Shown: positions 10,768-24,218, counted from the stretch's first letter. The stretch is 64,000 bases of DNA from Octopus bimaculoides (GCF_001194135.2 NC_068988.1:47233586-47297585), one strand, 5' to 3'. Translations and numbers: made by a program. The notes: generated by a model not told the origin, from the letters alone.

Positions 10768-11523
10768 ATAGTAGTCGTTGTTGAGGTGGTGCTGTTGATA
10801 GTTGTAGTGTCAGTATTAATAATAGCAGTAGCAGTGGCGGTGGTGGTGGTGTTAATTGTGGTTGAGGTGGTGTTTGTGGTGGTGGTGGTAACAAATGATG
10901 GTCGAAGGAAGAAAATGCTAAGGGAAGCGATGGCAGCGCCGACATCGGCGCTGGTGTGGCTAATTACAACGGCGTTCGTTCTTGGTGGTGGTGATTGTAA
11001 GCATTGAAACTTCTGACGATGTAGCGCGGGTGGGAGTATTTATAGAAAAAAAAGGTATCTGCAGTTGTAATGGTCTGGTGACGGTAGGTTAATGAGAGAT
11101 ATGGGTAACGGTGACGGAAGCATTATTGAGTTGGATGTAGTGTGGGATGGGGGAGAGAGGGGGAAGTGTAATGGTTGGACGCTTTGGAATAAAAGGATGT
11201 CTCAAAGTCAACTGAAAGTGCTTGAAGGAATTGGCACAGAATATATTGCAGTGGCTGTTGTGGTAGTGGTAGTGGTTGTGGTAGTGGTAGTGGTGGTGGC
11301 TGGTTGTTGCTGTGGAGGTAGTGTTGACTGTTGCTATTGTCATTGCTGTTGTTATTGTTGCTGTTCTTGTTGCTCTGGTAGTAATAATAATAATAATAAT
11401 ATTATGGTGGTGGTGGTGGTGATGGTGGGGTAGTGGATGACTACTTGACAAAATGATGACAGACTTAGGGAATCTTATTATTCTTCATAATAGAAGTGCG
11501 AATAATATGGACGATGGTGATGG

Positions 11524-11586
<63 letters not shown>

Positions 11587-11690
11587 CGATGATGATGATG
11601 ATGATGATGGCAGCAATGACGGCAGCGGCGGCGGCGACAGCGATGATGACGACGACAACGACGACGATGGTCTAACTCTACTTCACACAG
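10410..11690. repeat. Extended trinucleotide low-complexity tracts (GTA/GGT/GTT, GAT/GAC)
   Basis: Directly visible. Confidence 0.9.
11036..11045 (-). promoter_or_regulatory. TATA-box-like motif CTATAAATAC with Inr-like TCAGAA about 28 nt downstream
   Basis: Motif and spacing only, in a CpG-containing unique segment between repeat tracts. Confidence 0.3.
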
Positions 11691-11770
11691 CCGATAGATG
11701 TTGCTATTAGACTAACCCCTCCAAAACATACCAATGTTTGTGTATGTGTGTATATAAGATAAAGAAAAAC

Positions 11771-11818
<48 letters not shown>

Positions 11819-12099
11819 GAGAGAGAGAGGNNNNNNNNNNNNNNNNNNNNNNNNNNNNNNNNNNNNNNNNNNNNNNNNNNNNNNNNNNNNNNNNNNNNNN
11901 NNNNNNNNNGAGAGAGATAGAGGGAGAGAGAGAGAGGGCGAGAAGGGGGGTAGACAAAGAGAAAGCGAAAGACAGAAGTGTGCTATCAGAATACTTATGC
12001 GATGGAACTTAACATTTCATGTGTCAATAAATCTTATAGTTACGAACGTTTCATATACTTAACAGCAACGACAACAACAAAAACAACAACAACAACAAC

Positions 12100-12131
<32 letters not shown>

Positions 12132-12134
12132 CGA

Positions 12135-12690
12135 TGATTTCATTTATTTGCCACAAGGGCGAAGGATGAGGTGGGCAATACAAAGACAGGCATGCAGTGT
12201 GAGTGTTTACATATAATGGAATGATAAAAAAGAATGCAGAGAAAGAAAGAAATTAAGTATACACGGTACCTACTGAAAAAGAAGGGACATATGCAAAGCA
12301 TACAATGGTTTGAAAGTATATTGAAAAACAATGGCGGGATGATGATAGAGATGTGGCCCTCCTGACACACGAAGGCCTCAAGGAATAATCGAGGAACCCC
12401 ACTGTCCGAGATTTTCCTGAAACCCTAAGAGCAAGTGTCCTCTCCAAGTCGTTCTTTCCCACTCGCAGGTCTACACTTCTAGAGGTACCATCCACTCTTG
12501 CTATTTTTGCAGCTTTCACTCATCTTTCAGTAAACTCACTTGAGGACAGCACTTCCTTCTCCATCCTCAATTTCCTCTTCAAGTGAACCTTGAAGAAGTC
12601 TATGAGAGTTCTACCAAAGAGGGATGTATCTGTCCTCATGCCTTTCAGCTTTGTCCAGCAAACAACCTCTTTCACCGCAGCCACCGGACA
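12135..12690 (-). mobile_element. Tx1/L1-like LINE 3' end (ORF2 C-terminus and 3' UTR)
   Basis: Minus translation VAAVKEVVCWTKLKG..LIDFFKVHLKRKLRMEKEVLSSSEFTER*VKAAKIARVDG resembles Tx1-type C-termini. UTR ends AATAAA then an (ATT)n tail at about 12130-12100. Confidence 0.6.
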
Positions 12691-12699
12691 AAGGAAAAA

Positions 12700-13470
12700 A
12701 AAATCAGGCGATTAAGGTAAACAACTTCAGAAAAAATGTATATGGAGAGATTGTATTAGTAAAATGTAGAGTCTGTGGGACTTGGAACGAGACGGTAGCA
12801 CACATTATTGAAGTTCTCAAGTTGGTACAGGAAGAATCTAAGAAATGAACGTTGTGTTAACAACAAACAAGATGAAGACAAATATATCGGTCAATTGTAA
12901 ATAATGTAAATAATGTATAAGAAATGAAGGCACGACCAGGTGGTAAAAGTTTTACATTGGAAACTTTGCCAGAAATATGGATTTGAAATTGGAAACTCAT
13001 GGTACAATCATCGAATCAATAGAGTAATGTAAGATTTTGTGGGACTTTTCTATTCGAACGGACAAGTTAGAAAATAATAGACTGGACATAACAATTATAG
13101 AAAAGGAAAGCGAAGTTGCTTACTAATCGACCCCTCATATCCGTTTGGTTCCAGGATCGTAAAGAAAGTGGACGAAAAATAGGGATAATAGAATCCTTTA
13201 AAATTTGAAATGTGAAGAATTTATAGTCTGATAACTATTAAGGCCGTGCCTATAATAATTGGTATGGTGGGAACAGTAAGCAAATATATAGGCAAATAGT
13301 TGAAAGAGATTGGAACGCCTCGTAAAACACCTGATGAAGGTTTGTCTGTTGGGATCAACAAGGATTATCTGGAGGGTTCTAAGCACTTGAAAGACTACTG
13401 AAACTTGTGGATACCTAAGGTTACAAGCAGTAACACGCTACCCTCATAAATCCTACCAGGAATAAGACCA
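12700..13470 (+). mobile_element. R4/Dong-like RLE LINE 3' fragment
   Basis: QAIKVN..KCRVCGTWNETVAHI (zinc knuckle); HDQVVKVLHWKLCQKYG; KILWDFSIRTD..NRLDITII..CLLID (RLE); VPIIIGMVG. Contains stops and frameshifts. Confidence 0.85.
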
Positions 13471-13489
13471 AACATGAGTCAAACCAATT

Positions 13490-13887
13490 AATGCCAGTGA
13501 ATGTAGGAGCACTTAAAAGGATAAAAAAAGGAACTGAAAATTATTTGCGTATGATCATTGGCTTACCATCCATGCAAGAAGTGCAAAAGATTGACTTAAT
13601 TGCTACGTCACATGTATTGAGAAGAGCATTGTCGCTGTGAATTCTCCTTCCATTTTCCCTTTTGTTTTGTTTGTTTTCTTGTTTATCACTGTCTTTTTCC
13701 TATTTTGAAAAAAGGTGCGTCTTCTTTCCTTTCTTTCTTTCCCTTTTTCTATCACATGACTTTGTAAATGAACAATCCGTTGTGTTCTATTTTAATGGCC
13801 TACCAGTGTATACAGTGAATTTCTTTGCCGTGGGTATTGGGGAGACACTCGTCAAGAAATAGAAACAAACAAAACTGACAGAAAAAG

Positions 13888-13948
<61 letters not shown>

Positions 13949-13955
13949 CAACAAC

Positions 13956-14014
<59 letters not shown>

Positions 14015-14050
14015 TAATAACAACAACAACAACAGCAATAATAATGATAA
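13490..14050 (+). mobile_element. Second R4/Dong-like LINE 3' end with (AAT)n tail (13888-14050)
   Basis: MPVNVGALKRIKKGTENYLRMIIGLPSMQEVQKIDLIATSHVLRRALSL*, then UTR and AAT repeat. Confidence 0.8.
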
Positions 14051-14614
14051 TAGGTTTTTGACACTTCTATATATAGCAATGAGTATGCGTTATTGTTTGG
14101 AAAAATGAGTTGTTTCCATCATCTATTTTCTGTATGATTTAACATGGAATAAATTCATTACAGCTTTTATATTGGAATTAAACCAACATATCTAGATACA
14201 TAAAACTATGTTACATGCACACACAAAGTTGATATGTAACTGCAAACTATGATCACACAGGCCCCTCGCACGCACAAACACACACAGAGATCGAAAAGAA
14301 ATGCTCATATGTTTTTACATGTGTATTCAGCGAATATCTTGTATATTCCTCAAATTACAGCATAATAAGCTCTATGAACCGTATATAAGTATTATTGAAC
14401 AATCTGTCTTTCTGCTGTATAACAGACTACAATGAGATATATTTCTAAATAGCAGAAATTATGATCCTGCCTCTACGTGGTGAACACAATTACAGTTTAT
14501 CGTTCATATTCCATTATGAGTTGATGAATTTCTAAGCCACACTCCCACTAATCTCATAAAGTTACACCCTTCTAACTGAATAAAGTAAACTCGCCAGCCT
14601 TTTGTATATACATA

Positions 14615-14945
14615 GGAGGTCTGATCAATAAGTAACACAGTAACGCAGAGTAAAGCTGCTTGGCAAAAATTGACCATGGACTCTGCTATGCATGTGCACA
14701 AAGTTTTAATGTTCTAGCTCATTTCCGCTGTTTACAACAGTGCTTGGAAGGAAGGTGTGTAGCATGTGATCAGCGCATTGACCATGCCAGAGTAAGTTGT
14801 CATGGCGATACCTGCTCAGAGGCCTATGCAAAGGTGTATAAAGTGCACGGAGAGGAGTGTATGAGCCGCACACAAGTGTACAAGTGGTTAAGTAGTTTCC
14901 AAGATGGCCGAAAAATGTCGATAGTGACGACCCGCAACCAGCAGA
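14615..14945 (+). mobile_element. Mariner 5' fragment with transposase HTH remnant
   Basis: TA|GGAGGTCTGATCAATAAGTA end; GDTCSEAYAKVYKVHGEECMSRTQVYKWLSSFQDGR matches the mariner N-terminal HTH pattern. Confidence 0.85.
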
Positions 14946-15283
14946 ACTCAGAAAAAACATCACACGCTACACACGTTCCTTCTCACTACTGCTGTAAACA
15001 GCGGAAGTGTAAGAGTGTAAGAGTGTGTAAGAGTGTGCATGTTTACAGTCATTTAGAATTTAGTGTACAGAACTGTGAGCTCTGATGTGATTTTGGGGCG
15101 TGGATTTGAGATTTGATGCTAAGCAAGTGTTCGTTTATGAGTATTTATGAGCACATGCACACCGACAATGTGGGCGTTTGTTTCATATAGGCAAATGGCA
15201 AGCATCTTATTCATTTAGGTTATTAACATTTACAAATCTGTATACTCCCGATACATACGTATGTATATGCGTGCACATACGTA

Positions 15284-15490
15284 TCTTTTACTTGCGTCAG
15301 TCATTAGACTGCAGTCATACTGGAGCACCACCTTGAAGACATTTTGTCGAATGAATCGACTCTATCATTGAATTTTTCTTTGTTAAGCCTGGTACTTATT
15401 CCATCGGCGTTTTTTGTCGAAACGCTAAATTACGGGGACGTAAACACGCCAGCATTGGCTGTCAAGTGGTGTTTAGTGGACAAAGACAGA
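15284..15490 (-). mobile_element. SINE family B, 3' half
   Basis: Reverse of ..AAGGTGGTGCTCCAG..CAGTC..TGAC..AAGTAAAAGA; AGTACTAGGCTT-like motif. Confidence 0.75.
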
Positions 15491-16012
15491 GAGAGGTACA
15501 ACACACATGCACACAATCGCACACGCACGTACACACACGCACGCATACGCATATATATATATANNNNNNNNNNNNNNNNNNNNNNNNNNNNNNNNNNNNN
15601 NNNNNNNNNNNNNNNNNNNNNNNNNNNNNNNNNNNNNNNNNNNNNNNNNNNNNNNNNNNNNNNNNNNNNNNNNNNNNNNNNNNNNNNNNNNNNNNNNNNN
15701 NNNNNNNNNNNNNNNNNNNNNNNNNNNNNNNNNNNNNNNNNNNNNNNNNNNNNNNNNNNNNNNNNNNNNNNNNNNNNNNNNNNNNNNNNNNNNNNNNNNN
15801 NNNNNNNNNNNNNNNNNNNNNNNNNNNNNNNNNNNNNNNNNNNNNNNNNNNNNNNNNNNNNNNNNNNNNNNNNNNNNNNNNNNNNNNNNNNNNNNNNNNN
15901 NNNNNNNNNNNNNNNNNNNNNNNNNNNNNNNNNNNNNNNNNNNNNNNNNNNNNNNNNNNNNNNNNNNNNNATATATATATACACACACACACACACACAT
16001 ATATATATTTAG

Positions 16013-16890
16013 GGTGCGATGAATAAACTGTCGTCTAAATTACGCAAAAATGAAAATAACACTGACATCTCATTTGAACAGATATATTTATCAAAATTAC
16101 ACAAAATTATCTTGAAATACTAAAGAGTAAATTTATTCAATAAAATCGTTATTAGCTACAATCACGGCTCCCAGACGTCTTTGAAATATCTCGCAACTAT
16201 TATCGACAGTTTCCTTGTTTAAGTTGGTGAATGCTGCCGTAATCCTTGCTTTTAGTTCATCTTTGGTGTTGCAAGGAGTGTTGTTGATCTCTCGCTCAAC
16301 TGCGCCCCACACATAATAATCAAGTGGGTTGCAGTCTGGAGAGTAAGGTGGTCAGATGTTAGGGGTGATGTGGTCGCAGAAATTGTCTGACAGCCATGAC
16401 TTGGTTCTCCTGCTTGTGTGATATGGTGTAGTCTTGTTGCCAGGCATAGGGTCTTCCAGCAGTCACCTGATTGAGCTTGGGCAGCACTATCTCCTCCAGG
16501 CACTTGATGTTGGTCTCGATGTTGAATCTGAGGCCGAGTTGGAAGATTAATGGGAGCATAACGCCGCCATCATTAGTGATCACTCCAAGCAGCATGATGT
16601 TGACTGGATGTTTGATATTTATCACTCCCGGTACATGTCCTCAGATTGCTCTGTCCTGAGATTGACACCCTAACACTCTAAAATGTTCGTATTGGAGATT
16701 CCGGTGCGAAGGCCAAGAGGTATAGCATGTTGTTTTCAAATTTCTGCCAGAGTGAATTGCATCATGATGCTGTTTTTCTCACAGACAGTGCCCAACTGAC
16801 CCTGCAATACAGTGTAGTCGAAAAATCAAAAATAAACAATGCACATGCGTGAAATTAAAAATATAAAATGGCGATAGTTTATACACCACA
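16013..16890 (-). mobile_element. Internally deleted Tc1/mariner (DD37D/maT-like) transposon, pseudogenised
   Basis: Minus: KHPVNIMLLGVITNDG..WQQDY /frameshift/ SRRTKSWLSDNFCDHITPNI*PPYSPDCNPLDYYVWGAVER..NNDFIE* (stop at 16133). About 37 residues between the last two Asp after frameshift repair. N-terminus MMQFTLAEI.. (about 16765) is fused directly to the catalytic part. Imperfect TIRs near 16013 and 16890. Confidence 0.85.
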
Positions 16891-17881
16891 NNNNNNNNNN
16901 NNNNNNNNNNNNNNNNNNNNNNNNNNNNNNNNNNNNNNNNNNNNNNNNNNNNNNNNNNNNNNNNNNNNNNNNNNNNNNNNNNNNNNNNNNNNNNNNNNNN
17001 NNNNNNNNNNNNNNNNNNNNNNNNNNNNNNNNNNNNNNNNNNNNNNNNNNNNNNNNNNNNNNNNNNNNNNNNNNNNNNNNNNNNNNNNNNNNNNNNNNNN
17101 NNNNNNNNNNNNNNNNNNNNNNNNNNNNNNNNNNNNNNNNNNNNNNNNNNNNNNNNNNNNNNNNNNNNNNNNNNNNNNNNNNNNNNNNNNNNNNNNNNNN
17201 NNNNNNNNNNNNNNNNNNNNNNNNNNNNNNNNNNNNNNNNNNNNNNNNNNNNNNNNNNNNNNNNNNNNNNNNNNNNNNNNNNNNNNNNNNNNNNNNNNNN
17301 NNNNNNNNNNNNTATATATATCCTTTTAAATGATTTTTAATTCTTTTTTATAGACTTACTTGGCTATCAATGGTATACGAGAAATTTTAAGTAATATCAG
17401 TGAGTAACCTTAGTATTACAATATATATTTACATTTTCCCTCTTTACTGAGTGTAGCATTTTTGTCTTATTTGTAAACTCAGTCATAAACACGCGCATAC
17501 AAACGTACGCATAGACAACCCTAAGTACACTCTCACACACAATCAAACACACATACAGCGTAAATTTGAATTTTACTAGATTTGAAACCTGAGCACAAGG
17601 ATCTATCCAAAGGCTCTAACGTATCAAGTAGGTGGATAGACATGATGGCAAACTGTCGGATAGGACGGCTCTGGTATTGGTTTTGGCTCTGTGCCTTCTC
17701 AGTGCCCTCTAGTGTCAGATATATCGGGTCCTACGGAGCGTGGCAAATAAGGTTGATGAGCTTGAGAAGGCTACAAGAAAATTGCTAAGTAGGTCAGTGG
17801 ATCGTTCTCCACGCCTTCTTACCAGCAAATAGCAGAATGCCGAAGGGATGTTTGAAACTATTGTCTACAAAGGAGAGATTG

Positions 17882-17943
<62 letters not shown>

Positions 17944-18072
17944 GCTTTCTTTCTCTCTCTCTCTCTCTATCTTTCTATTTATCTACCTAGCTATCTATCG
18001 ATATTGAAAACACACACATGTATGTAGGTAGATAAATAGATATGTACATGTATATCTATCTAAATGTACATT

Positions 18073-18145
18073 TTAAGGCGGTGCTCCAGCATGGCCGTAC
18101 GCTTGCGATTGAAACCAGTATAAGAATAAAAGCAAAGAATAAATG
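18073..18145 (+). mobile_element. SINE family B 3' tail
   Basis: TAAGGCGGTGCTCCAGCATGGCCG..GAAAC..AAGAATAAAAG. Confidence 0.75.
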
Positions 18146-18205
18146 AACACGTATGTTTTCATATAAAAATATTCCTAAATACTCGAGTGCAGACGTATCA
18201 CACAT

Positions 18206-18250
<45 letters not shown>

Positions 18251-18673
18251 ACACCAGACCAGACCACACACACGTGTGCATACGTATGAATTCACACGTA
18301 AATGTCTGGAATAGAAAAAAAAATAACATTAATTTCCGTTTTATTTTCTTTCTTTTTTATACCTATTTACTACATATTCTCTTTTCATATAATATTTATC
18401 GATTCATTTATTAGTTCAATTTCCCCATCTAATTGTTTCTGAAATGGACCGAATTACCAGACATCTCCTTGCTTTTATGTTTTCGAAGTAACAAAACCTT
18501 AAGATTGTAAACGCATGCGCATTTCAACGAGTATTCGTGTAAGTGAAACGTGTATGTGTGTGTTTGTGCGGTCATATGTCAATAATATTCAACAAAAAAC
18601 TCAACCGAGTATACTGTAACTTACCAAACTCGAAGTAAACCTCTTTGGAAAGTATCAATAAATATTGGTAGTG

Positions 18674-18745
<72 letters not shown>

Positions 18746-19971
18746 GCAACCCAAATAAGAAGACAAACAAACATTTTAACACATCTTTGACGATCAGTTA
18801 CAAATGTTTTTTGTACTAAATGTGCTTTCAACGTCAATTTATGCAAAAGTTCCAAGTGAAAAATTTACGTAATATTTGCAGTTTTAAACATTAGAATGAT
18901 GCTTTCTCAGACCAACATCAAAGGAGTGCTCTTACTATATATAATGTAATATAATATAATATAATNNNNNNNNNNNNNNNNNNNNNNNNNNNNNNNNNNN
19001 NNNNNNNNNNNNNNNNNNNNNNNNNNNNNNNNNNNNNNNNNNNNNNNNNNNNNNNNNNNNNNNNNNNNNNNNNNNNNNNNNNNNNNNNNNNNNNNNNNNN
19101 NNNNNNNNNNNNNNNNNNNNNNNNNNNNNNNNNNNNNNNNNNNNNNNNNNNNNNNNNNNNNNNNNNNNNNNNNNNNNNNNNNNNNNNNNNNNNNNNNNNN
19201 NNNNNNNNNNNNNNNNNNNNNNNNNNNNNNNNNNNNNNNNNNNNNNNNNNNNNNNNNNNNNNNNNNNNNNNNNNNNNNNNNNNNNNNNNNNNNNNNNNNN
19301 NNNNNNNNNNNNNNNNNNNNNNNNNNNNNNNNNNNNNNNNNNNNNNNNNNNNNNNNNNNNNNNNNNNNNNNNNNNNNNNNNNNNNNNNNNNNNNNNNNNN
19401 NNNNNNNNNNNNNNNNNNNNNNNNNNNNNNNNNNNNNNNNNNNNNNNNNNNNNNNNNNNNNNNNNNNNNNNNNNNNNNNNNNNNNNNNNNNNNNNNNNNN
19501 NNNNNNNNNNNNNNNNNNNNNNNNNNNNNNNNNNNNNNNNNNNNNNNNNNNNNNNNNNNNNNNNNNNNNNNNNNNNNNNNNNNNNNNNNNNNNNNNNNNN
19601 NNNNNNNNNNNNNNNNNNNNNNNNNNNNNNNNNNNNNNNNNNNNNNNNNNNNNNNNNNNNNNNNNNNNNNNNNNNNNNNNNNNNNNNNNNNNNNNNNNNN
19701 NNNNNNNNNNNNNNNNNNNNNNNNNNNNNNNNNNNNNNNNNNNNNNNNNNNNNNNNNNNNNNNNNNNNNNNNNNNNNNNNNNNNNNNNNNNNNNNNNNNN
19801 NNNNNNNNNNNNNNNNNNNNNNNNNNNNNNNNNNNNNNNNNNNNNNNNNNNNNNNNNNNNNNNNNNNNNNNNNNNNNNNNNNNNNNNNNNNNNNNNNNNN
19901 NNNNNNNNNNNNNNNNNNNNNNNNNNNNNNNNNNNNNNNNNNNNNNNNNNNNNNNNNNNTATGTATATGTG

Positions 19972-20006
<35 letters not shown>

Positions 20007-22616
20007 TTATCTATAATGTAAATTAGACATGGGCGAGCGTTGTATTCTTTCTTGTCTTGTTGTTCACAGCCAGACAGCTGGGTGGATTCGCGTGAACAAT
20101 GGCACACATGTGGAGACGAGTGCATAGATTGGATTGCGGTTTGTATTTTTTTCCTAGCGCCCATAGTTACCGAGAAAATCGATTAAAACAACCTGCGTGC
20201 GTGCGCGTGTGTGTGAGTGTGTGTCACTGAAGCCATACTTGGTATATAAATATTCACAATTTTTATCTACTTGTCCTAAACTGTTCCTACTAGATTTTTC
20301 CGATTCTATCCATATGAGAGTAGATACTACTGAACTGCACAATACTGGTAAAGAATCTGCTATTACTAACTCCAGTTACCGCAGTTTGATTGATCAGCAC
20401 AACGTTTACCGCATAAGAACCCTCACATACCTATATGCGTACCTGTCCGCATGATTTTAGAAACGGCCAACCAATCCATGCAAGTTACCCTAATGTTGTG
20501 AAGGCACACCGACACCTGTGCACCCTTCGTCACTTTAGCGACCAGTATATATATGTATATATATATATATATATATNNNNNNNNNNNNNNNNNNNNNNNN
20601 NNNNNNNNNNNNNNNNNNNNNNNNNNNNNNNNNNNNNNNNNNNNNNNNNNNNNNNNNNNNNNNNNNNNNNNNNNNNNNNNNNNNNNNNNNNNNNNNNNNN
20701 NNNNNNNNNNNNNNNNNNNNNNNNNNNNNNNNNNNNNNNNNNNNNNNNNNNNNNNNNNNNNNNNNNNNNNNNNNNNNNNNNNNNNNNNNNNNNNNNNNNN
20801 NNNNNNNNNNNNNNNNNNNNNNNNNNNNNNNNNNNNNNNNNNNNNNNNNNNNNNNNNNNNNNNNNNNNNNNNNNNNNNNNNNNNNNNNNNNNNNNNNNNN
20901 NNNNNNNNNNNNNNNNNNNNNNNNNNNNNNNNNNNNNNNNNNNNNNNNNNNNNNNNNNNNNNNNNATATATACATACATACCTACATACATACATATTTG
21001 CATACATACATATATACATACATACATACATACATACATGCATATATATGTACACACACACACACGCACACTCATGCACATACATTTATGCAGACACACT
21101 CATACATATTTGTGCGTGTGTATACATGCATACAAAATTATACTATATTCGGTCAGCTTAATTTTTGCATCACTTGAACTTTAAGCTTTTGTGTTTATTG
21201 TTTTAAGTTCAATTTCTCTTCCTTTATCTCTACACACAATTCCAAATTTCTATTTGTTATGTTGATTTATCTAATTATTATCCTTATCATTAATATTTTC
21301 TATCTTCAGTACAGAGTGAATGTTTGGAGACTTCTTTCACTATGAATTTATAAATGGACTGTAAGTATGAAAGTTTGTTTAAAATATAAACTACATCTTC
21401 TATTAGATTATCCATAAGTTAATGCATTTAACTGTTTTGGTAAAAATACGAATTATCTTTCTGTTGTATTTGTTTTTGGTAACTGATTGTCATAGCTATA
21501 AAATCGTTAAATATTTCATGGAACACTCTATGATATATTTGACTCAATTTGGTACAAATTGAGCTGCGACCTTGCTCGACACTTCTTTCGATGCAAATCA
21601 TATACGCTACGAGTTTGGTTCTTTGTAAATCTAAGAATTTATTACTACGTATTCCAACACATCATTTTTAGAGTCGTAAAGGTTTCCTCAGGGACGACGT
21701 TTCCAATCGCTCCCCCAACATCATTTTAGCTACTAATACTCCCTGTCTTCTCATTCGGTCAAAGACCATGCGAAAACTGCTTGCTAGTTACTGTTACATA
21801 AAGCAAGCTAGCCTAACCCATTCTTTTCTTAGTAGTCCGGCTAAAGACAAGAAAATAGCTTGTGGAAACTATATACATATTCTGGGGCATTTTACTACTA
21901 TCCTTTTATGTGAAATAGCTCTTTTTTATCAGGCCTGTTTAATTTGTATTATATAAAATCTTTGCATAGCAATGAAATCAATGAAGAATTCATGGAGTAC
22001 ATTTGAATAGATCTATCTCTGTTTCCTAAAAATTATGATACATCATGTTTGACTATTCCTAGGTGTCTACAGATGTTGTAAGTGTGTTTACATTTGTGTT
22101 TGTGTGCGATATTTAGAAGCGTGTCTTTAAGTATTGTGAATTAGTTTGTACTGACGCAAGCAAGTTGATTCAGTAACCTGTTTTGAAAAAATACTGACCA
22201 TAAAACACCAAGCAAAAAAATAACGACAAAAATAAACATCACGGATCGTAAATCGGAATACAGGAGCCGATGATGAAAAGAAGGAAAGTAGAGGGCAACT
22301 AAGTTGCAAGCTAAGAACTGACGCACTGATGAAATGTCAAAAAATATATGACTATTCAATTATTAAAAAGAAAAGGAGAAATGACCCAAATATAAATATA
22401 TACTGGAATGAATAGTTGTGATCATTAGTTTATTAGTTCCCTTCTCAACACTCTTGTATTTATGGGTATTTCGCACACGTGTATATATATTTATATGAAT
22501 ACGTTAAATGCGTGTTAATGTTAATATACTATCAAGATTATGTAACAGCTGTAAACCAGTCAAATAATGTGATTTTCAAGCAAAGGTCTTACCACACAGT
22601 CACGCTGGTGTATGAG

Positions 22617-22671
<55 letters not shown>

Positions 22672-23161
22672 NNNNNNNNNNNNNNNNNNNNNNNNNNNNN
22701 NNNNNNNNNNNNNNNNNNNNNNNNNNNNNNNNNNNNNNNNNNNNNNNNNNNNNNNNNNNNNNNNNNNNNNNNNNNNNNNNNNNNNNNNNNNNNNNNNNNN
22801 NNNNNNNNNNNNNNNNNNNNNNNNNNNNNNNNNNNNNNNNNNNNNNNNNNNNNNNNNNNNNNNNNNNNNNNNNNNNNNNNNNNNNNNNNNNNNNNNNNNN
22901 NNNNNNNNNNNNNNNNNNNNNNNNNNNNNNNNNNNNNNNNNNNNNNNNNNNNNNNNNNNNNNNNNNNNNNNNNNNNNNNNNNNNNNNNNNNNNNNNNNNN
23001 NNNNNNNNNNNNNNNNNNNNNNNNNNNNNNNNNNNNNNNNNNNNNNNNNNNNNNNNNNNNNNNNNNNNNNNNNNNNNNNNNNNNNNNNNNNNNNNNNNNN
23101 NNNNNNNNNNNNNNNNNNNNNNNNNNNNNNNNNNNNNNNNNNNNNNNNNNNNNNNNNNNNN

Positions 23162-23200
<39 letters not shown>

Positions 23201-24178
23201 TACTCAAAGGATATATATATATATATATTTAAAAGATTTGTTTTGTAAGGCAAGAACAATGCGAGAAGGTACAAATTAAACTACAAATGAAGAAGGAAAC
23301 TAAACAAAGTTGTTAAATCTAGTATTTCTATAATTCGAGGTTATCACCTCTTCTTCAGGACATGTAGAAAAAGCGGTAGTTGGAGAAAGTCGTTGCTCAG
23401 ATGTATGGGAGAGGAAGAAGGAAAGAGAAAGGTGATAATACGCAAACTGGTGTTGTAATATCATTTCTTCTGCTTTGTGTAGTTTCTTTTTGCTGCTAAT
23501 GGCTGATCTCAATCTTTTTATAAGGAGAGCCTTCCTGGTTCAGAGATTGCTCCTGCTGCAATGGGTGGCCTTGATAGAAAATTTTAAATTCTGTGTTTGG
23601 CACCTGTTTAGGTGTTTCTTTATTGCAATACCACACGACGATCCGCCTAAGCTACCTTATTCGTATATATATATATATNNNNNNNNNNNNNNNNNNNNNN
23701 NNNNNNNNNNNNNNNNNNNNNNNNNNNNNNNNNNNNNNNNNNNNNNNNNNNNNNNNNNNNNNNNNNNNNNNNNNNNNNNNNNNNNNNNNNNNNNNNNNNN
23801 NNNNNNNNNNNNNNNNNNNNNNNNNNNNNNNNNNNNNNNNNNNNNNNNNNNNNNNNNNNNNNNNNNNNNNNNNNNNNNNNNNNNNNNNNNNNNNNNNNNN
23901 NNNNNNNNNNNNNNNNNNNNNNNNNNNNNNNNNNNNNNNNNNNNNNNNNNNNNNNNNNNNNNNNNNNNNNNNNNNNNNNNNNNNNNNNNNNNNNNNNNNN
24001 NNNNNNNNNNNNNNNNNNNNNNNNNNNNNNNNNNNNNNNNNNNNNNNNNNNNNNNNNNNNNNNNNNNNNNNNNNNNNNNNNNNNNNNNNNNNNNNNNNNN
24101 NNNNNNNNNNNNNNNNNNNNNNNNNNNNNNNNNNNNNNNNNNNNNNNNNNNNNNNNNNNNNNNNNNNNNNNNNNNNNN

Positions 24179-24218
<40 letters not shown>

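Noticed and set aside
10442-11007. Pro/Leu-, Val- and Thr-rich (mucin-like) ORFs
   Set aside because: All frames of GTA/GGT triplet tracts give such compositions, and the Thr frame has no start codon or signal peptide.
13330-13345. Other CTGATGA motifs (13330, 22325, 25615, 48525 and several on minus)
   Set aside because: None has a helix II plus GAAA or helix I pairing; they are chance matches or part of LINE coding remnants.
17582-17830. Peptide-like frames (..RSVANKVDELEKATRKLL; MMANCRIGRLWYWFW..)
   Set aside because: There are in-frame stops and only vague resemblance to LINE motifs, so no assignment is supportable.
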